A program made the position numbers and the translations under genes. From Riemerella anatipestifer (GTDB lineage: Bacteria > Bacteroidota > Bacteroidia > Flavobacteriales > Weeksellaceae): DNA of 64,000 nt. The notes under the pieces are model-generated. The model had not been told where the DNA came from. It saw only the letters and a program-made list of their open reading frames with translations, and did no database searches. The stretch lies in the NCBI RefSeq assembly GCF_051132245.1, contig NZ_CP081184.1; one strand, written 5' to 3'. Every line of letters begins with the position of its first letter. Positions within the stretch are counted from its first letter, which is position 1. This document shows, piece by piece, positions 38,803 through 48,688 of this stretch.

Positions 38803-38970
38803 ATGAACATTTTAATTTTAACATTAGTTTTTGCTTTAATTATAGCAAACTTTATTTGGGCAGTCGTAAATATTGGAAAAAACGAACCTAACAGACTATT
38901 ATGGCATTTATTTGTATGTTTTTTTCCTGTATTTGGTCCGCTTGTATTCTTAGCGAAGAGTAGAAAATAA
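38803..38970 (+). CDS. Unannotated 55-aa small membrane protein, PLDc_N-like (W...FFPVFGPLVFL motif)
   Basis: ATG 38803 to TAA 38970. MNILILTLVFALIIANFIWAVVNIGKNEPNRLLWHLFVCFFPVFGPLVFLAKSRK has two TM helices and the Pro-Gly motif typical of PLD-nuclease N-terminal-domain peptides. Confidence 0.4.
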   Translation: MNILILTLVFALIIANFIWAVVNIGKNEPNRLLWHLFVCFFPVFGPLVFLAKSRK

Positions 38971-39600
38971 TACAGAAACAGAGGTAAATGAGGCGAAGAG
39001 CCTCATTTTCTATTAAAATTTGTAAAAGAGAGAAGAGTAATTCAAGAGGGAGCTAAGACATATTATTCTGTAAAAAAAAATCTTCTCGCAAATTGGTTTA
39101 GCTCTGTAAAGCCAAAAATACATTTACTACAATAGAATTGAATAAGCAGCTGATTTTAGTTTGTGTACCAATAGTTTCCGTTTAATAAATCCGTTTTTAG
39201 AACAAAACTTCTCCTTGTTTGCCCATTCGCCAACCAAATTTTAAGGAGAATAAAACCAATTTTAAGAGGCATTAGTTTCTTTAATCTATAAGGTATCGGA
39301 ATAGATAGTTCTGCTTCATAGATAAATTTAATTTTGGGGAAGATATTCTCCAAATAAGCCCTAGACTAAAGCAATACGGAACGAAACTAATGCTACCACA
39401 TCAGTACGATAGTAAAAAAAATAGAACAAAAATTTTGTAGAGTCAATTATTGTAGATACATTTGTCCCGTTAAAATTACTCACTAGATGTACAACAGTCT
39501 TTCAATAATGCCGTGTTTTATGATGTGTCTTGCACAAGATGCGGCGATAGATGGTACACCAGTGTTTTAGACAACAATAACAAATTAAGCACTTGTATAT

Positions 39601-39636
39601 AGCCGCTACTTAGTAAAAGTAAGCGGCTTTTTTATT
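39601..39636 (+). terminator. Rho-independent terminator-like hairpin (AGCCGCTACTTA-GTAAAA-GTAAGCGGCT plus TTTTTTATT) with no upstream ORF; candidate end of an sRNA or attenuator 35 nt before the TonB-receptor start
   Basis: GC stem plus U-tract read from the sequence. Confidence 0.4.
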
Positions 39637-39670
39637 ATCACGAATTTAATTTTTAAAAAGTATAATTATT

Positions 39671-42412
39671 ATGAAACAGTCATTACGAACAAAATCTTAC
39701 CTCATTACAGCCTCGGCGTTGTTTTTTGTGGGAGAAGGACTTTATGGACAAAGCAGAAAGGATACTGTAAAGACCAAACAAGTAGAAGAAGTAGTACTAC
39801 TAGGGAGCCGTTCTGGAGCTCGTTCTAAAACGGATAGCCCCGTGCCAGTAGATGTGTTTGATGTTCAAAAAATGGGGGTTACATTGCCTCAAACCAATAT
39901 CAACCAAATACTGAATGTGGTAGCTCCATCATTTACTTCTACCGTACAGACGGGAGCTGATGGTACAGACCACCTAGACCCTGCACAGCTTAGAGGCTTA
40001 GGTCCAGACCAGGTCTTGGTATTAGTTAATGGTAAAAGGAGGCATACCTCTGCCCTCATCAATGTTAATGGGACACCAGGGAGAGGTACCGTAGGTACCG
40101 ACCTCAACGCCATACCAGCCTTTGCACTTAGCAAAATAGAAGTGCTTAGAGATGGTGCTTCGGCACAATATGGCTCTGATGCTATTGCAGGGGTAATGAA
40201 CCTCAATCTTAAAAGAAATACAGGCAAATTAGAAGGGCAACTCTCCTTCGGAGCTAATCCGAGCAACGCCTCTAATAACCACACCAAAGGGATAGATGGG
40301 GAAACCTTTCAGGTAGATTTAAACTACGGTAATAAGATAGGTTCTAAAGGTGGTTTCTATAACCTTACTTGGTCATCTCAATTCAGAAATCCTACCTATC
40401 GTGCCAACGAGGAAGAAGGTAAAATCTTTAACGCCTATAATGCTATAGAACGAAGAGCGGCAGAGGGAGGCGTTAATCTATCCTCACTATTCACGAATAT
40501 CAATACCACGCCCAACCAGCAGCAGTTGGTAGATTATATTCATAATTATGCCCAAAAGGTAGCCTACTTTGCACCAGATTTTCAGAACAAGATACAGGCT
40601 GCCAACAGCATTAGTGCTTTGCAGAAAATACTCTCGGAAGACGTTACCAACCAAGAATTAGCGTATCGAGGGCTTAACCGAAAAGATTTTAATATGCTCG
40701 TGGGGCAATCTAAACTAAGCACTCACCAGTTTTTTGCCAACATAGAAGTCCCCTTGAATGACGAGTGGAAGGTCTATACCTTTGGGGGATATGGCTTCAG
40801 AAACGGGACTTCAGGAGGCTTCTACCGAAGACCCAACCAATCCAGAACCTTTACAGGGTTTAATCTTGATGGCTTCTTACCTAATATCAATACCAATATA
40901 GAAGACCTCTCGCTAGCGGCAGGTATCAAAGGGAATTTAGGAGCGTGGCAAGTAGATTTGAGCAATACTTTTGGGCAGAACAGTTTTGATTATAATGTAA
41001 GAAACTCTGGCAATACCTCGTTGAGGTTCAACTCTCCAAATGAATTTAATGCTGGAGGGTTGCGTTTCCTTCAAAACACGCTTAATTTAGATGTTTATAG
41101 GAATTATGATGTTTGGGCAGGGCTTAATCTGGCTTTTGGAGCAGAGCAGAGAACCGAAAACTTTAAAATTAGAGAAGGCGAGCCTGCTTCTTATCTTTCC
41201 TATGATGTGTTTGGTAACCCACAAACGGCACGAACGCCCAATAGCCAAAAACCAACGGATTTCTTTGGGAATACTCTACCTGGTGGCTCACAGGTATTTG
41301 GTGGCTTCCGTGCAGAGAATGCAGGTAGTAATGGTAGGAGCTCCTACGCATTCTATGCCGATGTAGAAGCTAACTTTACCAAAAGGTTTCTAGTTGCAGC
41401 AGCTACTCGCTTTGAAAATTATTCGGATTTTGGGTCTACACTAAACTACAAGTTAGCCTCCAGAATAAAAGCAACGGATAATCTTAATTTCCGTCTAGCA
41501 GGTTCTACTGGATTTAGAGCTCCATCTGTACACCAGATTTATTACAATACCACTTCTACACTTTTCCTTAATGGGCAACTGCAAGAGGTAGGGACTTTTA
41601 ACAATCACTCTAGAATAGCCAATCTGTTAGGGATTCCTAAACTTAAGCAAGAGACTTCTCAATCTGTAAGTGCAGGATTTACTTATCGTATTCCTATTGC
41701 AAGATTAAGCATTACAGGAGATGCCTACTTTACACGTATCAACAATAGAGTGGTGCTTACGGATACCTTCAGAGCAGGAGCTAATACAGAACTGCAAAAT
41801 CTATTTGCACAAGCTAACGTAAATGCGGCACAGTTTTTTGCTAATGCCATAGACACAGAAACTAAAGGGCTAGATGTAGTGATAAGCCACGATTTTAAAA
41901 ATAATGATTTTAAACTAACTAATGATTTTGCTCTTAACCTTAGCCAAACAAGAAGGGTAGGAGAGATACATTCTTCACCAGTGCTTAAAGCAGCAGGTTT
42001 AGACGAGACTTATTTCTCCGAGCGTTCTAGAATTTACGTAGAAGAAGCTATTCCTAGATTCAAGGCGGGGCTTTCTCATACCCTTAGTTACAAAAAACTG
42101 AATGTTTATTTAAGAAATAGCTATTTCGGAAAAGTAACAGGAGCTGATGTTGTAGATGCAAACGGCGATGGTATTACGTTGCCTAACGAGCACCAAATAA
42201 TGACGGATAGAGTAGTTACAGATTTATCTATTGGATATGCTTTTTCTCCTAAAATTACCTTTACACTAGGAGCCAACAACCTATTTGATGTTTATCCTAG
42301 CCGAAATCTTCCTGCTTCTACCAGTAATGGACAGTTTGTTTACACACGAGCGACCTCACAGTTTGGGCTCAACGGAAGATATGTGTTTTCTAGATTAAGC
42401 TTTAACTTTTAA
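39671..42412 (+). CDS. TonB-dependent outer-membrane receptor (plug plus 22-strand barrel)
   Basis: Signal peptide; plug-domain motifs (DQVLVLVNGKRRHTS, IEVLRDGASAQYGSDAIAGVMNL); C-terminal ...RLSFNF. Confidence 0.85.
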   Translation: MKQSLRTKSYLITASALFFVGEGLYGQSRKDTVKTKQVEEVVLLGSRSGARSKTDSPVPVDVFDVQKMGVTLPQTNINQILNVVAPSFTSTVQTGADGTDHLDPAQLRGLGPDQVLVLVNGKRRHTSALINVNGTPGRGTVGTDLNAIPAFALSKIEVLRDGASAQYGSDAIAGVMNLNLKRNTGKLEGQLSFGANPSNASNNHTKGIDGETFQVDLNYGNKIGSKGGFYNLTWSSQFRNPTYRANEEEGKIFNAYNAIERRAAEGGVNLSSLFTNINTTPNQQQLVDYIHNYAQKVAYFAPDFQNKIQAANSISALQKILSEDVTNQELAYRGLNRKDFNMLVGQSKLSTHQFFANIEVPLNDEWKVYTFGGYGFRNGTSGGFYRRPNQSRTFTGFNLDGFLPNINTNIEDLSLAAGIKGNLGAWQVDLSNTFGQNSFDYNVRNSGNTSLRFNSPNEFNAGGLRFLQNTLNLDVYRNYDVWAGLNLAFGAEQRTENFKIREGEPASYLSYDVFGNPQTARTPNSQKPTDFFGNTLPGGSQVFGGFRAENAGSNGRSSYAFYADVEANFTKRFLVAAATRFENYSDFGSTLNYKLASRIKATDNLNFRLAGSTGFRAPSVHQIYYNTTSTLFLNGQLQEVGTFNNHSRIANLLGIPKLKQETSQSVSAGFTYRIPIARLSITGDAYFTRINNRVVLTDTFRAGANTELQNLFAQANVNAAQFFANAIDTETKGLDVVISHDFKNNDFKLTNDFALNLSQTRRVGEIHSSPVLKAAGLDETYFSERSRIYVEEAIPRFKAGLSHTLSYKKLNVYLRNSYFGKVTGADVVDANGDGITLPNEHQIMTDRVVTDLSIGYAFSPKITFTLGANNLFDVYPSRNLPASTSNGQFVYTRATSQFGLNGRYVFSRLSFNF

Positions 42413-42594
42413 ACTTTATAAAAATGCTACTTTAGTAAAAATAGAGAATAAAGTAGCATTTTTTGTTACAATATTATCACAGGCCATTTTCTTTTGTGTG
42501 TAGATTAACATTTTTTAGCCTAGTTTCTTTGTGGAACTCCAAAAAAGGTTATATTTGTTGGTCTTTAACGAAAAAGCATAACAATTTTTAATAT

Positions 42595-44379
42595 ATGGAT
42601 ACAACAGTTAGTAAAAAAGGTCACCCAGCGGGGCTGTATCTTTTGTTCGTAACGGAAATGTGGGAGCGTTTTAGTTATTATGGTATGAGAGCCTTATTTG
42701 TATTATTTATGACTAAGGCTTTAATGTTTGATAAAGGATTAGGTGCCCAAATTTATGGTAGTTATACTGGATTGGTATACCTAACACCTTTGATTGGTGG
42801 GTATATAGCAGATAGATATTGGGGGAATAGAAAATCTATAGTTGTAGGAGGTATTTTGATGGCTTTAGGGCAGTTCTTAATGTTTATGTCGGGATACTTA
42901 TATGAGAGTAAGGATATTGCTCCTTTATTTATGTTTACAGGTTTAGGATTCTTAATTTTTGGGAATGGCTTTTTTAAACCTAATATTTCGTCCATGGTTG
43001 GACAATTATATTCTGAAAATGATAGTAGAGTAGATGGTGCTTTTACTATTTTTTATATGGGAATCAATTTGGGTGCCTTTATAGCTCCTTTATTATGTGG
43101 ATATTTGGGAGATACAGGTAATGCTGCAGATTTTAAGTGGGGGTTCTTAGTAGCTTGTATAGGAATGATATTGAGTGTTATTATTTTTTTACTATTTAAA
43201 AATAAGTATTTAGTTACTCCAGAAGGAGAAGCTATAGGTGGAAAACCAACTATTAGTGAGACTCCCGTGAAAGATGATGTAGTTAATGTTGGTTTAGCAG
43301 ATGATACCAGTGCTACAAAAAAAGCGGCAGCAACAAAATTGATGATAGTATGGGGAGGGATTTGGTTAGTTTTATTAGGTGCTTTTTACTTTTTAATGAG
43401 TGGAGATGATGGGAATAAAGATTTAATAGGTGCCTTTATTTTCTCTTTAACATTAGCTGCACCAGGGTATATCATATCTGACCCGTCACTAACCAAGATT
43501 GAAAAGAAAAGAATTTGGGTAATATATATAGTGGCTTTCTTTGTCATATTCTTTTGGTCTGCTTTTGAGCAAGCGGGGGCTTCCCTTACCTATTTTGCAG
43601 AAGAACAAACAGATAGACATTTATTAGGAAAAGTAGTACCAGCATCTTATTTTCAGTCAATCAATGCAGTAGCGATTGTTGTTTTTGCTCCAATATTTGC
43701 AGTTATATGGTCTACTTTGAGTAAAAGGAAAATGGAACCTGCTTCCCCATATAAACAGGCTATAGGTTTATTTTTGCTGGCTTTAGGATATTTAGTAATT
43801 GCTTTTGGAGTAAAAGGCTTAGCTCCAGGAGTGAAAGTAAGTATGATGTGGCTAGTAAGTTTATATACAATACATACATTTGGGGAATTATGTCTTTCGC
43901 CTATAGGTTTATCTATGGTTAATAAACTAGCTCCTGTAAGATTTGTTTCATTACTAATGGGGGTTTGGTTTTTAAGTACAGCAACGGCTAATAAATTTGC
44001 AGGAACGTTATCTTCTTTTTATCCACAATCATATGTTTCTGTAAATAAGGTTCAGAATTTTGAAAAAGAAGTAAATACTTCTCTCATAAATAAAGATTTT
44101 AATATCAAAGACAAGAAGAATGTTGTTCAGATTGATGGACAAAATATGATACCTTTTGATAAGATTACTGTAGCAGATATTAAGAATGAAGACTTGAAAC
44201 AAAACATAAAATTAGAAATAGAGAAAGCACAAGTAGTAAAAGAAAAATCTTTTTTAGGATTTAAAGTAGCTAGTTTGTATGATTTCTTTATGTTATTTGT
44301 ATTTATGTCTGGTATATCTTCAGTTATTTTATTTTTACTAAGTAAGTATTTGGTTAAAATGATGCACGGCGTTAAATAA
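42595..44379 (+). CDS. POT/PTR2-family proton-dependent di/tripeptide transporter
   Basis: PTR2 signature GGYIADRYWGNRKSIVVGGILMALGQF; 12-14 TM helices. Confidence 0.85.
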   Translation: MDTTVSKKGHPAGLYLLFVTEMWERFSYYGMRALFVLFMTKALMFDKGLGAQIYGSYTGLVYLTPLIGGYIADRYWGNRKSIVVGGILMALGQFLMFMSGYLYESKDIAPLFMFTGLGFLIFGNGFFKPNISSMVGQLYSENDSRVDGAFTIFYMGINLGAFIAPLLCGYLGDTGNAADFKWGFLVACIGMILSVIIFLLFKNKYLVTPEGEAIGGKPTISETPVKDDVVNVGLADDTSATKKAAATKLMIVWGGIWLVLLGAFYFLMSGDDGNKDLIGAFIFSLTLAAPGYIISDPSLTKIEKKRIWVIYIVAFFVIFFWSAFEQAGASLTYFAEEQTDRHLLGKVVPASYFQSINAVAIVVFAPIFAVIWSTLSKRKMEPASPYKQAIGLFLLALGYLVIAFGVKGLAPGVKVSMMWLVSLYTIHTFGELCLSPIGLSMVNKLAPVRFVSLLMGVWFLSTATANKFAGTLSSFYPQSYVSVNKVQNFEKEVNTSLINKDFNIKDKKNVVQIDGQNMIPFDKITVADIKNEDLKQNIKLEIEKAQVVKEKSFLGFKVASLYDFFMLFVFMSGISSVILFLLSKYLVKMMHGVK

Positions 44380-44391
44380 CATATTAAAAAA

Positions 44392-44422
44392 AAACTCTGA
44401 ACTTCAAAGTTCAGAGTTTTTA
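44392..44422 (+). terminator. Rho-independent terminator (CTCTGAACTT-CAA-AGTTCAGAG plus TTTTT)
   Basis: Perfect 10-bp stem then U-tract, 13 nt after the transporter stop. Confidence 0.7.
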
Positions 44423-44483
44423 ATTTTATATTTATTTTGGTTTAAAAAAGAATTATGTACATTTGTTGCCTAATTAAAGGAAA

Positions 44484-45026
44484 TTGATAATGAAAAAAGT
44501 AATTATAGTATTCGGATTGTTTGTGTTTAATTTAGTGTTAGCGCAAGAGGTGAAATGGCTTACTTTTGATGAGGCTTTGGCGGCTCAAAAGATTAAACCA
44601 AAAAAAATCTTAGTAGATGTATATGCACCTTGGTGTGGTCCGTGTAAACTAATGGAAAAGGAAACCTACGGTCACCCTGAAATAGCTAGAATTATTAACG
44701 AAAACTATTATGCCGTTAAATTCAACGGCGAAGGCGATGAGGTTGCCCATTATCAGAACAGAACTTTCACTAACCCTAATTATAGAGCTAATATGTCGGG
44801 AAGAAATGCCCCGCACGAATTAGCTAGATTTCTAAATGTGAGTGCTTACCCAACCACAGTTTTTCTAGATGAGATAGGTAAACCAATTACCAATCTAGTG
44901 GGTGCTTTTAAGCCAAAAGAATTGGAGCTTTACCTTTCGTTGTTCCACAAAGACGAGTACAAAAAGATAGAAAATAAGGAACAGTGGGATGCTTTCCAAA
45001 AAAAGTTTGAATCGGTTATTAAGTAG
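44484..45026 (+). CDS. Secreted thioredoxin-family protein (WCGPCK active site)
   Basis: Signal peptide plus CGPC motif. Confidence 0.75.
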   Translation: MIMKKVIIVFGLFVFNLVLAQEVKWLTFDEALAAQKIKPKKILVDVYAPWCGPCKLMEKETYGHPEIARIINENYYAVKFNGEGDEVAHYQNRTFTNPNYRANMSGRNAPHELARFLNVSAYPTTVFLDEIGKPITNLVGAFKPKELELYLSLFHKDEYKKIENKEQWDAFQKKFESVIK

Positions 45027-45053
45027 CCCTGCGATTTGTGTAGAATACGAAAC

Positions 45054-45096
45054 CAAGCGTCTTTCTCTATAAGAAGAGAAAGGCGTTTTTTATAAA
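45054..45096 (+). terminator. Terminator hairpin (GCGTCTTTCTCT-ATAAGAA-GAGAAAGGCG plus TTTTTT)
   Basis: Stem plus U-tract after the thioredoxin gene. Confidence 0.55.
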
Positions 45097-45100
45097 AAGA

Positions 45101-45213
45101 GGGTGTATCCCTCGCCAATGACTTTACCAGTCGCTCGGGTTGGGCTATCCACTTTTACTCCTCGCTACAGCCATACGAAGCCTCATAGAGATAGTAGCTC
45201 CTGTCCCTTACGC
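45101..45213 (-). repeat. Repeat family B, copy 3 (reverse orientation)
   Basis: Reverse complement matches B1/B2 conserved blocks, with a covarying hairpin. Confidence 0.7.
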
Positions 45214-45342
45214 TCTTACTCGCTCTATTTATTTCGCTTAGTCTGATAATTCGTTCCCGTATTTCGTAACACTTTTATGTCGCTTTAAGCCCTAACAAAA
45301 TCTGCCACCTCGAAGCTATTTTTACTCTATAGGGGAGGACTA

Positions 45343-45412
45343 TTTTTTTCATCAGTCTCGCGTAAAATTTCCATCGGGCAAGAAATTTTACGCGAGGCCG
45401 ACGCAACGAAAG
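45343..45412. repeat. Repeat family A, copy 3 (CATCAGTCTCGCGTAAAATTTCCATCGGGCAAGAAATTTTACGCGAGGCCGACG). A boundary-motif-like sequence GGTTGCCGCTGGATACCAGAGTATATATAAGTTAGTGGCAAC follows at 45478-45521
   Basis: See 6598-6735. Confidence 0.65.
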
Positions 45413-45646
45413 TGCTTAGTTCCATAGAAGTTCAGTAGTGCTAATTTTAGCAACTTACCCACGCTGCAATCTTATATCGTACTTGGTTGCCGCTGGATAC
45501 CAGAGTATATATAAGTTAGTGGCAACTTCCCTTCAACGGCAAGGAGGTAATCTTTTTCTTTGGATACAGTAAGAGTCTTTTTTTAAGGAGTTATAGGTAC
45601 AAAGTTTAAATTTAATTAAATTTGTTTCCTAGAAAATAATACTAGA

Positions 45647-46900
45647 ATGAAACATCTATTTAGCCTATGCTTTTTCATTTTATCTCTAGGGTTAAAGTCT
45701 CAAGAGGTTAAAAAAAAAGACACCATTATTCTACTTAAAAAAGATACTGTTTTATCCTCTAAGACGGTTAAACAGCTGCACTTAGAGGCTCTCCCTTACT
45801 ATAGTTTTGGTAAAGGTGTAGGAATTACTTCTCCCGATAGTCTATTCCAATTTAATATTCGTTTTAGAATGCAGAACAGGCTAGAAGCGGATTTTAATGA
45901 TAACAGAAATACAGAGTATAAAGCAGCCATCCGCCGTCTTCGTTTGAGGTTTGATGGGTATGTGGGTAATCCTAGGTTTTTGTATGCCATACAGCTTTCC
46001 TTTGCTCCTGATGATGTGGGTGAAATTAAAGAAGGGAATCCTCTTAACATCATAAGAGATGCAATTGTATTTTATAAAGCCACCAATAAACTTATGCTTG
46101 GTTTCGGACAAACAAAACTACCAGGTAACAGACAAAGGGTGAACTCATCGGGAGCATTAGACCTTACTGACCGTTCCATCAACAACGCTATGTTTAACAT
46201 TGATAGGGATTTTGGTTTCCAAGCCATTTATAACAATACTAAAGCTAACGAGTTTGGGTACAGCTTAAAAGCCGCTATAACTACTGGGGAAGGAAGAAAC
46301 TTTAATGACAAAACTGACGGACTTGCCTACACTGGGAGAGTGGAACTCTACCCTCTAGGAGCTTTTAAGAATAATGGAGAATTTTTTGAAGGCGACCTAC
46401 AACGAGAGCCTACACCTAAGATTTACCTAGGAGGCACTTATCATTTTAACCAAAGGTCTAACTTTTCGCAAGGACAAAGGGGTAAAGAATTACTAGAGAG
46501 TAGAGATTTGCAGTCTATCCTTTTAGATGGTATGATGAAATACAATGGCTGGACAGCTACCGTTGCTTATATGAGCAGAAGCACCAGCAATCCACTCACA
46601 CATAATGCCGATTTTTCTAAAGTAATACCTGTGGCGGCAGGACACGGCTATGATACTCAATTGAGTTATATTTTCCCTAAGAATTGGGAAGTTATTGGGC
46701 GTTTCTCTCAAATGACACCTAATAAAACTATACAGAACTTGATACCAAAACAAAATCAACTTTCCTTTGGTATTACCAAGTATATTTGGGAACACGCCTT
46801 TAAAGCTCAAGTAGAAGTAAGTAAGAACAACTTCCTCTATATAGATGGAAGAAAGGACAATAATTGGTACGCTAGATTTCAGGTAGAAATAGGAATTTAA
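45647..46900 (+). CDS. Outer-membrane beta-barrel porin (phosphate-selective porin O/P-like)
   Basis: Signal peptide; alternating amphipathic beta-strand pattern; weak family call. Confidence 0.45.
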   Translation: MKHLFSLCFFILSLGLKSQEVKKKDTIILLKKDTVLSSKTVKQLHLEALPYYSFGKGVGITSPDSLFQFNIRFRMQNRLEADFNDNRNTEYKAAIRRLRLRFDGYVGNPRFLYAIQLSFAPDDVGEIKEGNPLNIIRDAIVFYKATNKLMLGFGQTKLPGNRQRVNSSGALDLTDRSINNAMFNIDRDFGFQAIYNNTKANEFGYSLKAAITTGEGRNFNDKTDGLAYTGRVELYPLGAFKNNGEFFEGDLQREPTPKIYLGGTYHFNQRSNFSQGQRGKELLESRDLQSILLDGMMKYNGWTATVAYMSRSTSNPLTHNADFSKVIPVAAGHGYDTQLSYIFPKNWEVIGRFSQMTPNKTIQNLIPKQNQLSFGITKYIWEHAFKAQVEVSKNNFLYIDGRKDNNWYARFQVEIGI

Positions 46901-46908
46901 TTATTACA

Positions 46909-47394
46909 ATGAAATACCTTAATAATAAATGGATTTTCCTAGTTTTAGGACTATTAGCAGGGACTTTAATAGGAGTTAAATGTTTTCAGAAATCTAGTCC
47001 TGATGCCCTAAATAATGTTACCTCAGAGGTTAGCACAAGTGCGTCTTCTCAAGAAAGCACTCAGCAAGATATTGAGGTTCTTACAGAAGAAAACACCGTA
47101 ATTGCTTATATAAAAGAACATCACGAACTTCCAGCGTACTACATTACCAAAAGTGAAGCTAAAAAATCAGGGTGGAATCCTTCCTCTGGTAATCTTTGCG
47201 AAGTGCTGCCTGGGAAAGCTATTGGTGGAGATAAATTCCGAAACAGAGAAAATCAGCTTCCTAGAGGAGACCGTTACTACGAGGCGGACATCAACTACCA
47301 ATGTGGTAGAAGAAATGCCGACAGGCTCGTCTTTACAAAAGACGGTAAAGTGTGGATTACCAAAGACCATTACAAAACCTTTCAAGAGAAGTAA
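46909..47394 (+). CDS. Secreted guanyl-specific ribonuclease of the barnase/RNase Sa/N1-T1 family
   Basis: FRNRENQLPRGDRYYEADINYQCGRRNADRLVFTKDGKVWITKDHYKTF aligns with RNase Sa FQNRESVLP...YYHEYTV..GARTRGTRRIIC....YYTGDHYATF, including the catalytic Glu, Arg and His; signal peptide. Confidence 0.7.
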   Translation: MKYLNNKWIFLVLGLLAGTLIGVKCFQKSSPDALNNVTSEVSTSASSQESTQQDIEVLTEENTVIAYIKEHHELPAYYITKSEAKKSGWNPSSGNLCEVLPGKAIGGDKFRNRENQLPRGDRYYEADINYQCGRRNADRLVFTKDGKVWITKDHYKTFQEK

Positions 47395-47459
47395 TTATTT
47401 ATCAATAAAAAAATCCCTTAGCAAAAAGCTAAGGGATTTTTGTTTTATTAACCTATATT

Positions 47460-48029
47460 TTAAAAGAATTTACCTCTTTGTCTCATATTAGGGTTATGCA
47501 TATGTTTCTGCATAGTAGGCATTTTAAGTTGGTCTTTCATCGTTTTAATATGCTCTGTCATCATACCCGAACTATCTAGTCTTTTCGCTTCTTCTAGAAG
47601 TCTTTGGGCTTCTTGTTTGCGTCCTCTTTGCATTGCTCCTGCTGCTAAATTAAGGGTTGCCATTGCACGGTCGTGTTTCATATTCAGACCATATTCTAAA
47701 GCCTTTTTCATTAGAGGTTCTACCTTTCTAGGTTCGTCTTGAGCTAGAGTAAGCCCTTGTAAGTAATGATAATAACCGTATTGCGAACGGTGCAACTGAC
47801 TTTTATAATTCTTTATAGAAGCTAGCCATTGTGCGGCTTTAGGGAAGTTCTGCTTTCTTAACTGCCAAAACGCAAGAAGGATAAACTCATTTTTGAAGAA
47901 TAATATAATAGGCAACGAGGATAGTAACACCATTACAATACCCCAACCTATATTTCTATTAAACATCAAATAAACACCAAAAGCTATCATAAGAGCAGCT
48001 ACCACAAGTTTAATATACTTATTATTCAT
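47460..48029 (-). CDS. Hypothetical membrane-anchored protein with TPR-like C-terminal helices
   Basis: Two N-terminal TM helices plus helical repeat region. Confidence 0.35.
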   Translation of the reverse strand: MNNKYIKLVVAALMIAFGVYLMFNRNIGWGIVMVLLSSLPIILFFKNEFILLAFWQLRKQNFPKAAQWLASIKNYKSQLHRSQYGYYHYLQGLTLAQDEPRKVEPLMKKALEYGLNMKHDRAMATLNLAAGAMQRGRKQEAQRLLEEAKRLDSSGMMTEHIKTMKDQLKMPTMQKHMHNPNMRQRGKFF

Positions 48030-48100
48030 CTGTTTTAGTTGTTTTTTAGTTAAGATTTTTGCAAAGATAAGCCATATTCTTCAAAGAAGCCAAGTTTCTA

Positions 48101-48688
48101 CTACTCACGATTACCAAAAGCACGTTCGTATTCTTCCGCAGCTTCCGTTAATGTTTGGTAAAAACCTTCCCCATACTTTCTGATTAAAGGCGTTTTTAGA
48201 AACTTATATACAGGTACTTTAAGCTCTTTTCCTAAAGCACAGGCATCGCTACATATCTTCCACTCATGATAATTGAACGCTGTAAAAGTAGAGTATTCTG
48301 TAATTCTAATAGGGTACAAATGGCAGGAGATTGGTTTTTGCCAATCGATAGCTCCTTCTTCATAAGCCTTCTCTATACCACATTTGGTGATACCATTTTC
48401 ATCAAAAATAACATAAGCACAATCTCTATTATCAATCAATGGTGTTACTAAATCACCCTCAAAATCTTCCACGGAAGTTCCTTGCTCTTCTATGGCTTTA
48501 ATTCCTTCTGGGCGAAGGTAGCTTTTAATTTTAGGATAAATATCGTCCAATATTTTAATTTCCGACTGTTCTAGTGGAGCTCCAGCATCGCCCTCTATAC
48601 AACAAGCACCTTTACATTTGTTAAGGTTGCATACAAATTCCTCCGAAAACAAATCCTCCGAAATTAGTTTATCTTCTATCTGAATCAT
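48101..48688 (-). CDS. Conserved Cys-rich protein (DUF3109-like)
   Basis: CNLNKCKGACC Cys cluster; family assignment tentative. Confidence 0.4.
   Translation of the reverse strand: MIQIEDKLISEDLFSEEFVCNLNKCKGACCIEGDAGAPLEQSEIKILDDIYPKIKSYLRPEGIKAIEEQGTSVEDFEGDLVTPLIDNRDCAYVIFDENGITKCGIEKAYEEGAIDWQKPISCHLYPIRITEYSTFTAFNYHEWKICSDACALGKELKVPVYKFLKTPLIRKYGEGFYQTLTEAAEEYERAFGNRE

Noticed and set aside
39156-39353. ORF 39156..39353 (-), 65 aa
   Set aside because: It is isolated in an ORF-poor region with no recognisable family and no obvious translation signals. It may be a gene remnant and is not called.
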